From positions 4,512,001 to 4,576,000 of the forward strand of contig OZ244744.1 in NCBI GenBank assembly GCA_965219455.1: a stretch of DNA of 64,000 nt, written 5' to 3'. The notes below the pieces were generated by a model. That model saw only the letters and a list, made by a program, of their open reading frames with translations. It ran no database searches and was not told the DNA's origin. This document shows, one piece after another, positions 49,146 through 58,010 of the stretch (positions are counted from its first letter, which is position 1; each line of letters begins with the position of its first letter). Made by a program: the position numbers and the translations under genes. This DNA is from Candidatus Latescibacterota bacterium (GTDB lineage: Bacteria; Latescibacterota; UBA2968; GCA-2709665).

Positions 49146-50365
49146 ATGCGATCGGATGTTAGGTTTCCGATGACACAGAGGAGAGATGTGAAGGCGTACA
49201 AGGTAGGGCTACCCGGGCTGTTCCTCTTCTTATTTGCGCTCGCCGGCAGTTCCGAATCGATAAAGGAAGAAGGAGGAGCCTTGATGCTTAACGCGTGGGT
49301 TGTCTCGACCCTCAAGGCCGAAGGTCTAGCCCCGGAGCTGATTGCTGACCTAACGGCCAGAATAAGAAACCAGGACTATAAGAATATTCACAGCCTTTTG
49401 ATCGCTCGAAATGGCAACCTGGTTTATGAGGAGTACTTTCCTGGTGCCGATGGAAGGAGAGGAGTCGTCGAATTCGATAAGGAAACTCTGCACGATACAA
49501 GGTCTGTCTCGAAGAGCATCGCATCATCGTTGATAGGCATCGCAATTGACCAAGGATATATCGGGTCAGTTGATGAACCCATGTACCAATATTTTCCGGA
49601 CTACACGAACCACCTGACCGAGCAGAAGAAACGCGTAACTTTGGAACACCTGCTGTCAATGACGGCGGGGTTCAAATGGGATCAATCCGGTTCACATCAG
49701 TCCGAACTCGGATCGGCCAACACGGAAGCGCAAATGGAAAACAGCTTTGATTTCATCGACTACGTGCTGTCCGCCGATATGTCAGCCACAGCTTTGATTT
49801 CATCGACTACGTGCTGTCCGCCGATATGTCAGAGGAGGGAGAGCGTTTCAATTACAATAGCGGCTGCGCCATTCTCCTCGCTGGTGTGATCAGGAACGTA
49901 TCGGGAATGCACGCAGATAAGTTCGCTGACAAGTATCTCTTTGGGCCATTGGGCATCGATCGTAATGAATGGTGGCGAACAAAGACCGGTTTACCACAGA
50001 CACATGCGGGTCTGCGGCTTCGCCCTCGGGATATGGCCAAGATCGGACAGCTTTATCTCAACAATGGGAGATGGAAAGGTCTGCAAATTCTACCCGCATC
50101 GTGGGTTGAGGAGTCCATAAAGCCACACTTCGTAAACGATCGATATGGATACGCCTGGTGGCTCGACCGCTTTCCTTTCCACGAGGGATCCGTCAAGAGT
50201 TACGTCGCTGAGGGCAACGGAGGACAATTCATTTTTGTAATCCCAGACTTGGATTTAGTGGTCGTCTTTACAGGCGGCAACTACGGCTCCTCCACTGCGA
50301 ACCAGGCTTTCAAAATCGTAATCAATCACGTATTGAAAGCTGTTAGCCAAGAAACGAGTGAGTAG
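49146..50365 (+). pseudogene. serine hydrolase (class C beta-lactamase-like family), frameshifted
   Basis: SVSK, LLSMTAG in ORF1; FNYNS, LFGPLGI, RPRDMAKIG, GNGGQ in ORF2; split by the duplication at 49741-49832. Confidence 0.85.
49741..49832 (+). repeat. 45-bp tandem duplication with 2-nt spacer
   Basis: ACAGCTTTGATTTCATCGACTACGTGCTGTCCGCCGATATGTCAG at 49741 and 49788. Confidence 0.95.
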
Positions 50366-50445
50366 CCGTCAAGGCTCGACTTGGGTTGACCATCACCGCT
50401 TCCCCTGTACGAAAAGAAGCTGACCAGCGGACCGACCGCACGGTC

Positions 50446-50540
50446 CCCTAACAGGTCCACTTGCGCTTCGGTCGCGTTCGCTCCCTTCGGCGTGAAGGCA
50501 ACCCGCTAAAGCGGGTTCGCAAGTGGCCAGAACGTTAAGC
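50446..50540 (+). repeat. attC site
   Basis: CCCCTAAC is the reverse complement of GTTAGGGG at 49136; same family as 38739. Confidence 0.9.
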
Positions 50541-50629
50541 GACATGGGATAGAACAAGTTGAGGTTGTTCGGTGCATCGCACACAATAGATTGAGATTTA
50601 CCGCATTTCTTTCTGTTCAATCGCTAGCC

Positions 50630-51367
50630 ATGCAAAGCGAACGGAGGCATGATTTGAGCGAGCCAGAGCGAACCCAGGAGTTTTTCGCCAAGCGCGCAGC
50701 CAGGTGGGAGCATTTCGTAAAAAAAGAGTGGCTACCCGATGATTACGAGCACTATTATACGCTTCTCGCTTCAGGGATTTTATCCACTCAAGACGCAATA
50801 AGAATTCTGGACCTTGGGTGCGGTGGTGGTATCGAGTTTGAGTGGATTTTCCGGCAAGCCCCGAATGCCCACATAACCGCCGTCGATCGATCCGGACCAA
50901 TGCTCGATTGTTTGCGCGAGAAATACGGTGAGTGTCTCGACCAGTTCCAAATCATTCAAGACAACTACCTCACCTGTCCTCTGTCGGAGGAAGCATACGA
51001 CTACGTCGTGACGAGTATGTCGGTGCACTACTTCCCTCCTTCCAAACGTCGTGAGATCTATGAACGCATCGAACGGGTGCTGAAACCTGGCGGCGCTTAC
51101 GTAGAAGGGACCTATTGTAGCGACTCTGAAGAGGAAGAGCGCCAAGTGCTCAATGCGTTCGAACACCGAACTGCAGGACTGGATGGCGCAGATTCTGGGG
51201 AGTGGAAGGTCAACATCCCCCTGCAACCTACAACGATTAGCCGTCACTTGAAACAAGCCGGTTTTGCCGGCGGCGAATGGTTGGCTGGCGAGCGTTGGGT
51301 TGTTTTGGCACGAAAGGCAGCCTCTCAGGGCTCAGGATGCGACTACGACCAGCGGGAGTTAATTTGA
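50630..51367 (+). CDS. class I SAM-dependent methyltransferase
   Basis: ILDLGCGGG, VDRS, LKPGG. Confidence 0.88.
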   Translation: MQSERRHDLSEPERTQEFFAKRAARWEHFVKKEWLPDDYEHYYTLLASGILSTQDAIRILDLGCGGGIEFEWIFRQAPNAHITAVDRSGPMLDCLREKYGECLDQFQIIQDNYLTCPLSEEAYDYVVTSMSVHYFPPSKRREIYERIERVLKPGGAYVEGTYCSDSEEEERQVLNAFEHRTAGLDGADSGEWKVNIPLQPTTISRHLKQAGFAGGEWLAGERWVVLARKAASQGSGCDYDQRELI

Positions 51368-52345
51368 GTGGATAAGCGATCTCTGCAGGCTCTAGCAAAA
51401 GACGAAAGAACAGCAGCATTGCACGCGCTGGCCGAAGCCAGTCTTGCTGACTTTGATTTGACGGGAGGCTCGCTCCTGTTGCTGCAGGATCTAGTGAATA
51501 GCTCATTCCGGGTTCAACATGACAGCCGACGGTGGTATCTTCGTATTTACGATCCCGACAGGCATGATACATCAGTTATCGAGTCTGAACTCTTGTTCTT
51601 GGAAGCTCTCGCCAAAGGCGGCTTTCCAGCGCCTCGCCCGTTGCGTAAGCACAGTGATGGGATGCTTTGGGTGGCGTCGCAGAGCCCTGTTGTGGACGTA
51701 ATTCGAATATCAGTATGCTCTTGGCTTCCGGGAGAGATTTTGCAGCATGGCAAGACACCACCGCACTATGCCAACGTAGGAACCATGTTAGCAGAACTCC
51801 ACGAGTTCTCCGTCAAATGGAATCCACCCGAGGGGTTCGTACGTCCCCGTTGCGACAGTGAAGGTGTATACGGCAATCACGGTGCTTCAGGAGAGCAAAT
51901 CATGCGAGGCTGGGACAACATTGACGATCCGCTTCGCTCGGATCTTGAAGATGCGAAGAGAGCACTTGAACAGGCCGAGAGCGCTATTGGGACGGATTGC
52001 GGTGTCTACGGTTTGATCCACGCTGATCCAAGTTTCAGCAACGTCCTGTTTGATGGCGAAATACCATACCTGATCGATTTCGATGATTTCGGGTACGGCC
52101 ACTATGTCTTCGATCTCGCAGTTGTCTTGGCTGGCGCATGGGGCAAGCCTGGTTTCGAAGAGAATCGCGCTGCTTTGTTCGAAGGATACGGGCAAATACG
52201 AGAACTGTCGCAGGCAGAAATGAGGGCATTGCCCACAGCCATGGCAGCACGAGCTGCCTCGCTCATTTTCTGGGCTGCGACTCAGTCATCGCAGCATCCA
52301 TGGATTGAAGGGCAGTGGAAACGCCTCAAGAAATACATGGGGTAG
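51368..52345 (+). CDS. phosphotransferase (APH/homoserine kinase II-like)
   Basis: LIHADPSFSNVL and IDFDD. Confidence 0.85.
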   Translation: MDKRSLQALAKDERTAALHALAEASLADFDLTGGSLLLLQDLVNSSFRVQHDSRRWYLRIYDPDRHDTSVIESELLFLEALAKGGFPAPRPLRKHSDGMLWVASQSPVVDVIRISVCSWLPGEILQHGKTPPHYANVGTMLAELHEFSVKWNPPEGFVRPRCDSEGVYGNHGASGEQIMRGWDNIDDPLRSDLEDAKRALEQAESAIGTDCGVYGLIHADPSFSNVLFDGEIPYLIDFDDFGYGHYVFDLAVVLAGAWGKPGFEENRAALFEGYGQIRELSQAEMRALPTAMAARAASLIFWAATQSSQHPWIEGQWKRLKKYMG

Positions 52346-52356
52346 AAATCCACATC

Positions 52357-52443
52357 GCTTAACACCGTGTTTTCGCTGCGCCGCCTACGGCGGCTTGGCC
52401 TTCGGCAACCCCTTCGGGGTTCGCAAACCCTGAAACGTTATGC
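52357..52443 (+). repeat. attC site
   Basis: TCGCTTAAC is the reverse complement of GTTAAGCGA at 50534; ends GTTATGC. Confidence 0.88.
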
Positions 52444-52456
52444 GCCAGACTGGGGG

Positions 52457-52489
52457 TTGATATAGCATGCGTTTGTTGATATATTCAAC
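52457..52489 (+). promoter_or_regulatory. cassette promoter with operator palindrome
   Basis: TTGATA-N17-TATATT; GTTGA-N5-TCAAC overlaps the -10 box; ATG 7 nt downstream. Confidence 0.65.
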
Positions 52490-52492
52490 TAA

Positions 52493-52879
52493 ATGAATTA
52501 TTCAACCGATTGGCTAGGCCAGATTCGCCGTTTGCCGTCCAATAAAAGGGCTGTGGCTCACGAACCGGAAACTGCCAGATATGCCAAGGCGCGAGCGAAG
52601 CATCGGTATTTGATCAACCAGGGTACATACCTCGGCTTCCAGCGGACTCCAGGAAGGCAAACGGAAATTGAGGTTGCTGTCTGGGCACCCCCTGATACGG
52701 GAAGAGGATACGGGCACTACGGTTGCTTTCGGGTATTCGTAAAGGATGGGGAGGTGCTGAGCTCTGTCCTTTTCTGTTACTATGACGGAACGGAGGCATC
52801 TCCGGGTTTCAGATCCCTTGAGAAGGCGCAAGCTTTCGCGAAACAGCAGGGTTTCGTTAAAGGAGATACAAATGGCTAA
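52493..52879 (+). CDS. hypothetical basic protein, candidate toxin
   Basis: 128 aa, overlaps the downstream HTH gene. Confidence 0.6.
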   Translation: MNYSTDWLGQIRRLPSNKRAVAHEPETARYAKARAKHRYLINQGTYLGFQRTPGRQTEIEVAVWAPPDTGRGYGHYGCFRVFVKDGEVLSSVLFCYYDGTEASPGFRSLEKAQAFAKQQGFVKGDTNG

Positions 52880-53342
52880 ACTGAGCGAGAGAAATTATAA
52901 GTATCAGGCAGCTGGACGGACTTGGGTGGTACCAAAGCTCCATCTCGAAGAAATGCCTGATGGTACAGTAGCGGTGCTAGAGGAAGAGATCGATAGGATT
53001 CATCGAGCGATTGCAAATGAGATCTGCGGGTCACCTGAGAATCTCTCGAAGGAGGAGCTAGAATTCCTCTGTGATGTTGCTGAGACCCCCTTTTCACAAG
53101 TTGCAGGCTACCTTGGTGTACACAAAAGTACACTCACTAAGTGGCGTAGAAGTGAGCTACCAAAAAACGCATTGAATCTTCTTCTCAAGAGATGGTTCTG
53201 GTTCAAGCTCTTTGGTTCATTTGTTGGAAACAACACAGTTAGGTACAGAGAGCTAGAAGATGAAACCACATTCTTGGCGCACGCAAGGAATGAAGCAATT
53301 GGTAAGAAACTCGCCGAGTCGATAAAGAAGATGACAGCATAG
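52872..53342 (+). CDS. XRE-type HTH protein, candidate antitoxin
   Basis: AAGGAG RBS; EELEFLCDVAETPFSQVAGYLGVHKSTLTKWRR. Confidence 0.7.
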   Translation: MAKLSERNYKYQAAGRTWVVPKLHLEEMPDGTVAVLEEEIDRIHRAIANEICGSPENLSKEELEFLCDVAETPFSQVAGYLGVHKSTLTKWRRSELPKNALNLLLKRWFWFKLFGSFVGNNTVRYRELEDETTFLAHARNEAIGKKLAESIKKMTA

Positions 53343-53353
53343 AGCAATCCGGC

Positions 53354-53455
53354 GCATAACACGCCCACTTGCGCTGCGGCGCATACGCGCCTTGGCCTTC
53401 GGCAACCCACCTTCGCTACGCTTCGGTGGGTTCGCAAGTGGCGAGAACGATATAT
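53354..53455 (+). repeat. attC site ending in non-canonical G|AT
   Basis: GGCGCATAAC is the reverse complement of GTTATGCGCC at 52437; ends GAGAACGATATATG. Confidence 0.85.
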
Positions 53456-53478
53456 GGAATGAGAAAGGAGACAATGGA

Positions 53479-54339
53479 ATGACCTTGGTCGCGGCTTGGC
53501 GAGAGGGCGATACCCTTCATCTCGCCTCGGACTCACGCATTTCTTTCTCCCAACAAGGAAGTGCAGATATTTGCCTCAAGGTCCACCCTCTACCGCTTCG
53601 AATCTTCCTTCCTAAGCCCTTGAACAAGCCTTTCCACGATGGAAGCATAGGCGTCGGCTTGGTTGGGAGTTTCGTATCGACCGTCTCGGTTAAGGATCCA
53701 TTAATGACTCTGCTTGGCAATCTACAGTTCGCGCCGGGCTATATGAATCCATCTCTTGAAGAAGTAGCAAAGGTAGTAGCTTACCTACTCAAGAATGTCG
53801 GAGGTGAAGTTTGCAAGGTGATGGCTTACCGCGGCACAGGTCAAGTAATCCTAGTTGGCAAGTGCCCACAGAAACGAAAGCAGCAGTGCTTCTCAATCTC
53901 ACTTAAACCTATCGATAATCACCTCGAAGCGGAAATCAAGCAGGAACTTAAGGACGTTGAGGTGTCCTTCTTTGGTGATCGAGAGGCTAAGGAAGCTGCA
54001 ACTAAAAAGCTTGGCCGCCAAGCCCCCACGAGTATAAATGTCTTGAGAGCTCTGAAGTCGATATGCTTGGACCAGTGCTATAGTAGTGTCGGCGGTCCAA
54101 TCCAATATGGCCGGACCGAAAACCACAGGTTTTTTCAGAAGGGAGTGCGAGACTATTTCCCCGATACAGAGGGGAAGAAGATTCGGGTAGGTTTCTTCAT
54201 CGGCGGTATTGAGCTCTATTCGCAGAAGTACATGCGCGACGGTACTCCTCTCCATCTTCATACAACATCAATTTGCCCTTTCGAGAAGGAGATCTCAGAT
54301 TACTTGAAGTCAGGCGAGTTTGCGCTCATTACTGACTGA
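53479..54339 (+). CDS. hypothetical protein with Ntn-hydrolase/proteasome-beta-like N-terminus
   Basis: M-TLVAAW....LHLASDSRIS, and VGGPIQ near the C-terminal third. Confidence 0.55.
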   Translation: MTLVAAWREGDTLHLASDSRISFSQQGSADICLKVHPLPLRIFLPKPLNKPFHDGSIGVGLVGSFVSTVSVKDPLMTLLGNLQFAPGYMNPSLEEVAKVVAYLLKNVGGEVCKVMAYRGTGQVILVGKCPQKRKQQCFSISLKPIDNHLEAEIKQELKDVEVSFFGDREAKEAATKKLGRQAPTSINVLRALKSICLDQCYSSVGGPIQYGRTENHRFFQKGVRDYFPDTEGKKIRVGFFIGGIELYSQKYMRDGTPLHLHTTSICPFEKEISDYLKSGEFALITD

Positions 54340-54392
54340 ATGTAGTTGTGTTGATCCGTGTTGCTTCGCACAGGAGCGCAGAATCCCACTTC

Positions 54393-54483
54393 ATATATCA
54401 CATCCATTTACGCTACGGGGCATTCGCCCCTTGGCCTTCGGCACCCCGCATACGCGGGGTCGTAAATGGTGAGAACGTTAAAC
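54393..54483 (+). repeat. attC site with non-canonical ATC inverse core
   Basis: CATATATC...CCATTTACG/CGTAAATGG...GTTAAAC. Confidence 0.82.
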
Positions 54484-54521
54484 GACATGGGAAATACAAC
54501 GTGTTGAGGCCAATATAGATC

Positions 54522-54977
54522 ATGGCCAGACAACCGCTTCAAGTTCTTGTAATTCCATTCCGAGTTCGCTCTGAACCAGAGTTCGCGGTCTTTCACCGTG
54601 CTGATGGTGAAATGTGGCAGTTTATTGCTGGTGGCGCTGAGGATCACGAGAATGCAGCGCAAGCAGCGCAGCGGGAGGCCGCAGAGGAGGCCGGCATTCC
54701 AGGTAATATACCGGTAGTTCGACTTGATTCAGTCGCCTCCATTACGAGATCGTCGTTCTCGCCAACTGAGCACTGGCCGGAAGATCTGCTTGTTGTCCGC
54801 GAGTATTCGTTTGCCATAGATGTTGGAGACCGGAGGTTGGCATTGTCCTCTGAACACGACGATGTGAGGTGGCTGCCCTATGAAGATGCATCATCTCTCC
54901 TCACATGGGACAGCAACCGGGTTGCCCTTTGGGAGCTAAACGAAAGGCTGGCGAGAGTCGCGACCCGAAGATCTTGA
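54522..54977 (+). CDS. NUDIX hydrolase (dATP pyrophosphohydrolase-like)
   Basis: WQFIAGGAEDHE....AAQREAAEEAG, LSSEH. Confidence 0.88.
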   Translation: MARQPLQVLVIPFRVRSEPEFAVFHRADGEMWQFIAGGAEDHENAAQAAQREAAEEAGIPGNIPVVRLDSVASITRSSFSPTEHWPEDLLVVREYSFAIDVGDRRLALSSEHDDVRWLPYEDASSLLTWDSNRVALWELNERLARVATRRS

Positions 54978-54999
54978 TGGAATTTGTTGATCCCACGTC

Positions 55000-55103
55000 G
55001 GCTAACAACACGTTTGCCGCTACGGCGGCCTCCGCCGCCTTGGCCTTCGGCAACCCACCTTCGCTACGCTTCGGTGGGTTCGCAAGTGGCGAGAACGTTG
55101 GCC
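55000..55103 (+). repeat. attC site
   Basis: GGCTAAC...GTTGGCC; right ~60 bp identical to the 53354 site. Confidence 0.85.
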
Positions 55104-55124
55104 GAAATTGCCCCACCGCCTTAG

Positions 55125-56805
55125 CCCCAATTATTCACAAAAAAGGTAGTTTCCTTACCCAAGTCATTGTATTATATTATGGTTAGGTGAATAACCATAC
55201 AACAATGAACTGGGAGGAAACTACCGTGAAAGTTCAAGATAATCAACTCGCACTTCCTTTCGCAAGTGTTTCGGGCAAGCCGGTGGAAGCCGTCTTCGAT
55301 GGCGGTGTGCTCACCAGCGATATGGGGTTGATGCTGCTGCGAGAGGTGGCGTCCAAAATCGGCATCCTGTCTCGGATCGTCGAGGCGTTAACGGACCGTC
55401 GGCATCCAAGTTATGTGGATCACACGATGATGGACCTGATCAGCCAGCGTGTCTTTCAGATCGCGTGCGCGTATGAAGATGCGAACGATTGCAATGCGTT
55501 GCGCGAGGACCCTGCGTTCAAGGCGGCCTGTGATCGGTTGCCGATATCAGGGGCGCCGTTGGCCAGCCAACCCACGATGAGTCGATTGGAAAACGGGATT
55601 CGTCGCAGGGACTTATATCGTATTGCCGAGGCCCTTGTGGACGGATTTATCGCGTCCTACAAAAGGCCTCCCGACGCGGTCGTTCTGGATATCGATGACA
55701 CCGATGACGAGGTTCACGGCAAGCAACAGTTGTCGTTGTTCAATGGCTATTACGATGAACGCTGTTACTGTCCCTTGCACATTTATGAAGGCCGGACAGG
55801 AAGACTGATCACGACGCTGCTGCGTCCGGGCGCCCGTCCTACCGGCAAACAGATTGTCAGCATTCTTAAGCGACTGGTGAAAATCCTTCGTAAGGCGTGG
55901 CCGGACGTGCGTATCTTTTTGCGTGGCGATGGCCATTTTTCCTGTCCTGAGGTCCACGACTTTTGCGACGAGCAAGACGTGTATTTTGTGCTGGGACAGA
56001 CGGGCAATGCCAGGCTTGCACAACGGGGACACGCGTTGATCGAGCAGGCAAAGGCCCAGTATCGGGAAACCGGACAGCCCTTGCAGTTATTTACCTGTTT
56101 CGCTTACCAGGCAGATACTTGGGCCGTGCCAAGGCGCATCATCTACAAAGCTGAAATCACCGCTTCCGGACAAGCCAATACACGCTTTGTCGTCACCAAC
56201 CTGAAAAGTAGCCAGCCCTCATTCATCTACAAAACCGTCTATTGCGCGCGCGGCAGGATGGAAAACTTCATCAAGAATCACAAAACCTTCCTCCATTCCG
56301 ATCGTACCTCCTGCCACACCTTCGAAGCCAATCACTTCCGTCTCTTCCTGCATAGTGCCGCTTATGTCTTGATGCATACCCTTACCGAAAAAGGACTCCG
56401 GGCTACCCAATGGACGCACGCCCAGTTTAATACCATTCAGAATCGCATTCTCAAAGTCGCCGGGCGAGTGTCCGAACTCAAGACCAAAATCAAACTCCAT
56501 TTGCCAACATCATTTCCCTTGAAACACCTTTATGACACCATCCTCTGTAATTTGGCAAAGGCATATCCATAACGCCGTTTCGCGCCGGCCGATCCATCCC
56601 TTTCTCATCGCCACAAAGTAAGACCAAGGCATCCGTCTGTCCTTTCCACACCCTAAATAAAGAACTCGACACCCCTCAATGCTGACGGCACATCCAATAT
56701 TACTCATCATCGCGTCACCAACACGTCATTCGAATATTTCCCCTCCTCCAGAACACTTTCTGCTTCCACAGACACTGCTCTATTCATTTTCATGAATTAA
56801 TCGGG
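55125..56805 (+). mobile_element. IS1380-family insertion sequence
   Basis: Imperfect TIRs CCCCAATTATTCAC/ATGAATTAATCGGG; TTAG direct repeats at 55121 and 56806. Confidence 0.88.
55187..56572 (+). CDS. IS1380-family DDE transposase
   Basis: FDGG.LTSD.G, YEDAND...LR.DP, LASQPTMSRLEN, LDIDDTDD, RGDGHF, YCARGRMEN.IK. Confidence 0.92.
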   Translation: MNNHTTMNWEETTVKVQDNQLALPFASVSGKPVEAVFDGGVLTSDMGLMLLREVASKIGILSRIVEALTDRRHPSYVDHTMMDLISQRVFQIACAYEDANDCNALREDPAFKAACDRLPISGAPLASQPTMSRLENGIRRRDLYRIAEALVDGFIASYKRPPDAVVLDIDDTDDEVHGKQQLSLFNGYYDERCYCPLHIYEGRTGRLITTLLRPGARPTGKQIVSILKRLVKILRKAWPDVRIFLRGDGHFSCPEVHDFCDEQDVYFVLGQTGNARLAQRGHALIEQAKAQYRETGQPLQLFTCFAYQADTWAVPRRIIYKAEITASGQANTRFVVTNLKSSQPSFIYKTVYCARGRMENFIKNHKTFLHSDRTSCHTFEANHFRLFLHSAAYVLMHTLTEKGLRATQWTHAQFNTIQNRILKVAGRVSELKTKIKLHLPTSFPLKHLYDTILCNLAKAYP

Positions 56806-56880
56806 TTAGAAACTGCTTGTGAGAAATTTATCTCCATTTCCAAACATCCAATCCCATATTCCTGAAGGAGCGTGTAATTC

Positions 56881-57846
56881 ATGATTTCTAAAGAACAAAT
56901 CCGTTCGCAGCTGGACAACTGTTTGTTGGATGCCAAATTTGATCGGTGGGAGAGTCAGTATCAGAAGGGCAAGGTTCGAGATATTTATCTGTTAGACGAC
57001 AAACGCATTCTGATTACGACAGATCGCCAGAGTGCGTTTGATCATGTACTGGGTGCGATTCCGCTTAAGGGCCAGGTCTTGAACCGAACAGCGAAGTACT
57101 GGTTTGATCAGACTACGGATATTGTGCCCAATCAGGTGATTGATGTGCCCGATCCCAATGTGACGGTTGCACATGAACTCGACATGCTGCCCGTCGAGAT
57201 TGTTATGCGGCGATATCTTACGGGCAGCACTGATACGGCGGTTTGGACGAATTATAATAAGGGGGTGCGAAAGTTTTGTGGCGTTGATTTGCCTGACGGG
57301 ATGGTGAAGAACCAAAAGTTTGACGAAGCAATTATTACGCCGACGACCAAGGCCGACGACCACGATGAATCCATTTCACCACAGGAAATTGTTGAGCGTG
57401 GGTTGGTCGATGCTAATCGGTGGGAAGAAGTGGAGAAGGTTGCACTGGATCTGTTCGCCCGTGGAACCGAGTTGGCAGCGCAGCGGGGTTTGATTTTGGT
57501 GGATACAAAATATGAGATGGGTGTGGATCCGGATGGAAATCTGACGGTTGCGGATGAAATTCATACACCGGATTCTTCGCGGTATTGGGTTTTGGATTCT
57601 TATGAAAAACGCCATGCACGCGGTGATGAACCCGAGAGTTTGGATAAAGAGTTTTTGCGGCTCTGGCTTGTGGATAAGGGTATTTCGGACGATAATCTTC
57701 CGGAGCTGGACGATGATATTCGAGCGCAGGTTTCGGAGCGATATATCGATTTGTTCGAGCGGGTGACGGGGGAAGATTTTGAGACGGAATTGGATGATAC
57801 GCCAATTCTGAAACGGATTGAGAGGAATATTGAGCAGTATTTTTAA
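56881..57846 (+). CDS. purC: SAICAR synthase
   Basis: GKVRDIY, TDRQSAFD, IPLKGQVL, TPTTK, GLILVDTKYEMG, DEIHTPDSSRYW, SLDKEFLR. Confidence 0.93.
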   Translation: MISKEQIRSQLDNCLLDAKFDRWESQYQKGKVRDIYLLDDKRILITTDRQSAFDHVLGAIPLKGQVLNRTAKYWFDQTTDIVPNQVIDVPDPNVTVAHELDMLPVEIVMRRYLTGSTDTAVWTNYNKGVRKFCGVDLPDGMVKNQKFDEAIITPTTKADDHDESISPQEIVERGLVDANRWEEVEKVALDLFARGTELAAQRGLILVDTKYEMGVDPDGNLTVADEIHTPDSSRYWVLDSYEKRHARGDEPESLDKEFLRLWLVDKGISDDNLPELDDDIRAQVSERYIDLFERVTGEDFETELDDTPILKRIERNIEQYF

Positions 57847-57874
57847 CTGGTGGAGGCAACCACCCCCAAACTTC

Positions 57875-57978
57875 GGCCAACACGAGCATCTGCGCTGCGC
57901 TCCACTTCGTTCCGCTCGGGGCTTCGCCCAACCCGCCCAAAAAGCCGGGCGGGTTCGCAGGTTTGCGGGCCGTTAACC
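57875..57978 (+). repeat. attC site
   Basis: TTCGGCCAAC is the reverse complement of GTTGGCCGAA at 55097; ends GTTAACC. Confidence 0.88.
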
Positions 57979-58010
57979 GAACGCGGCGCTGAGTCTGAAA
58001 GATCCTTTAA

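Noticed and set aside
49146-52345. Bona fide antibiotic-resistance genes (beta-lactamase, aminoglycoside kinase)
   Set aside because: Only superfamily-level motifs; the hydrolase is frameshifted and substrate cannot be inferred
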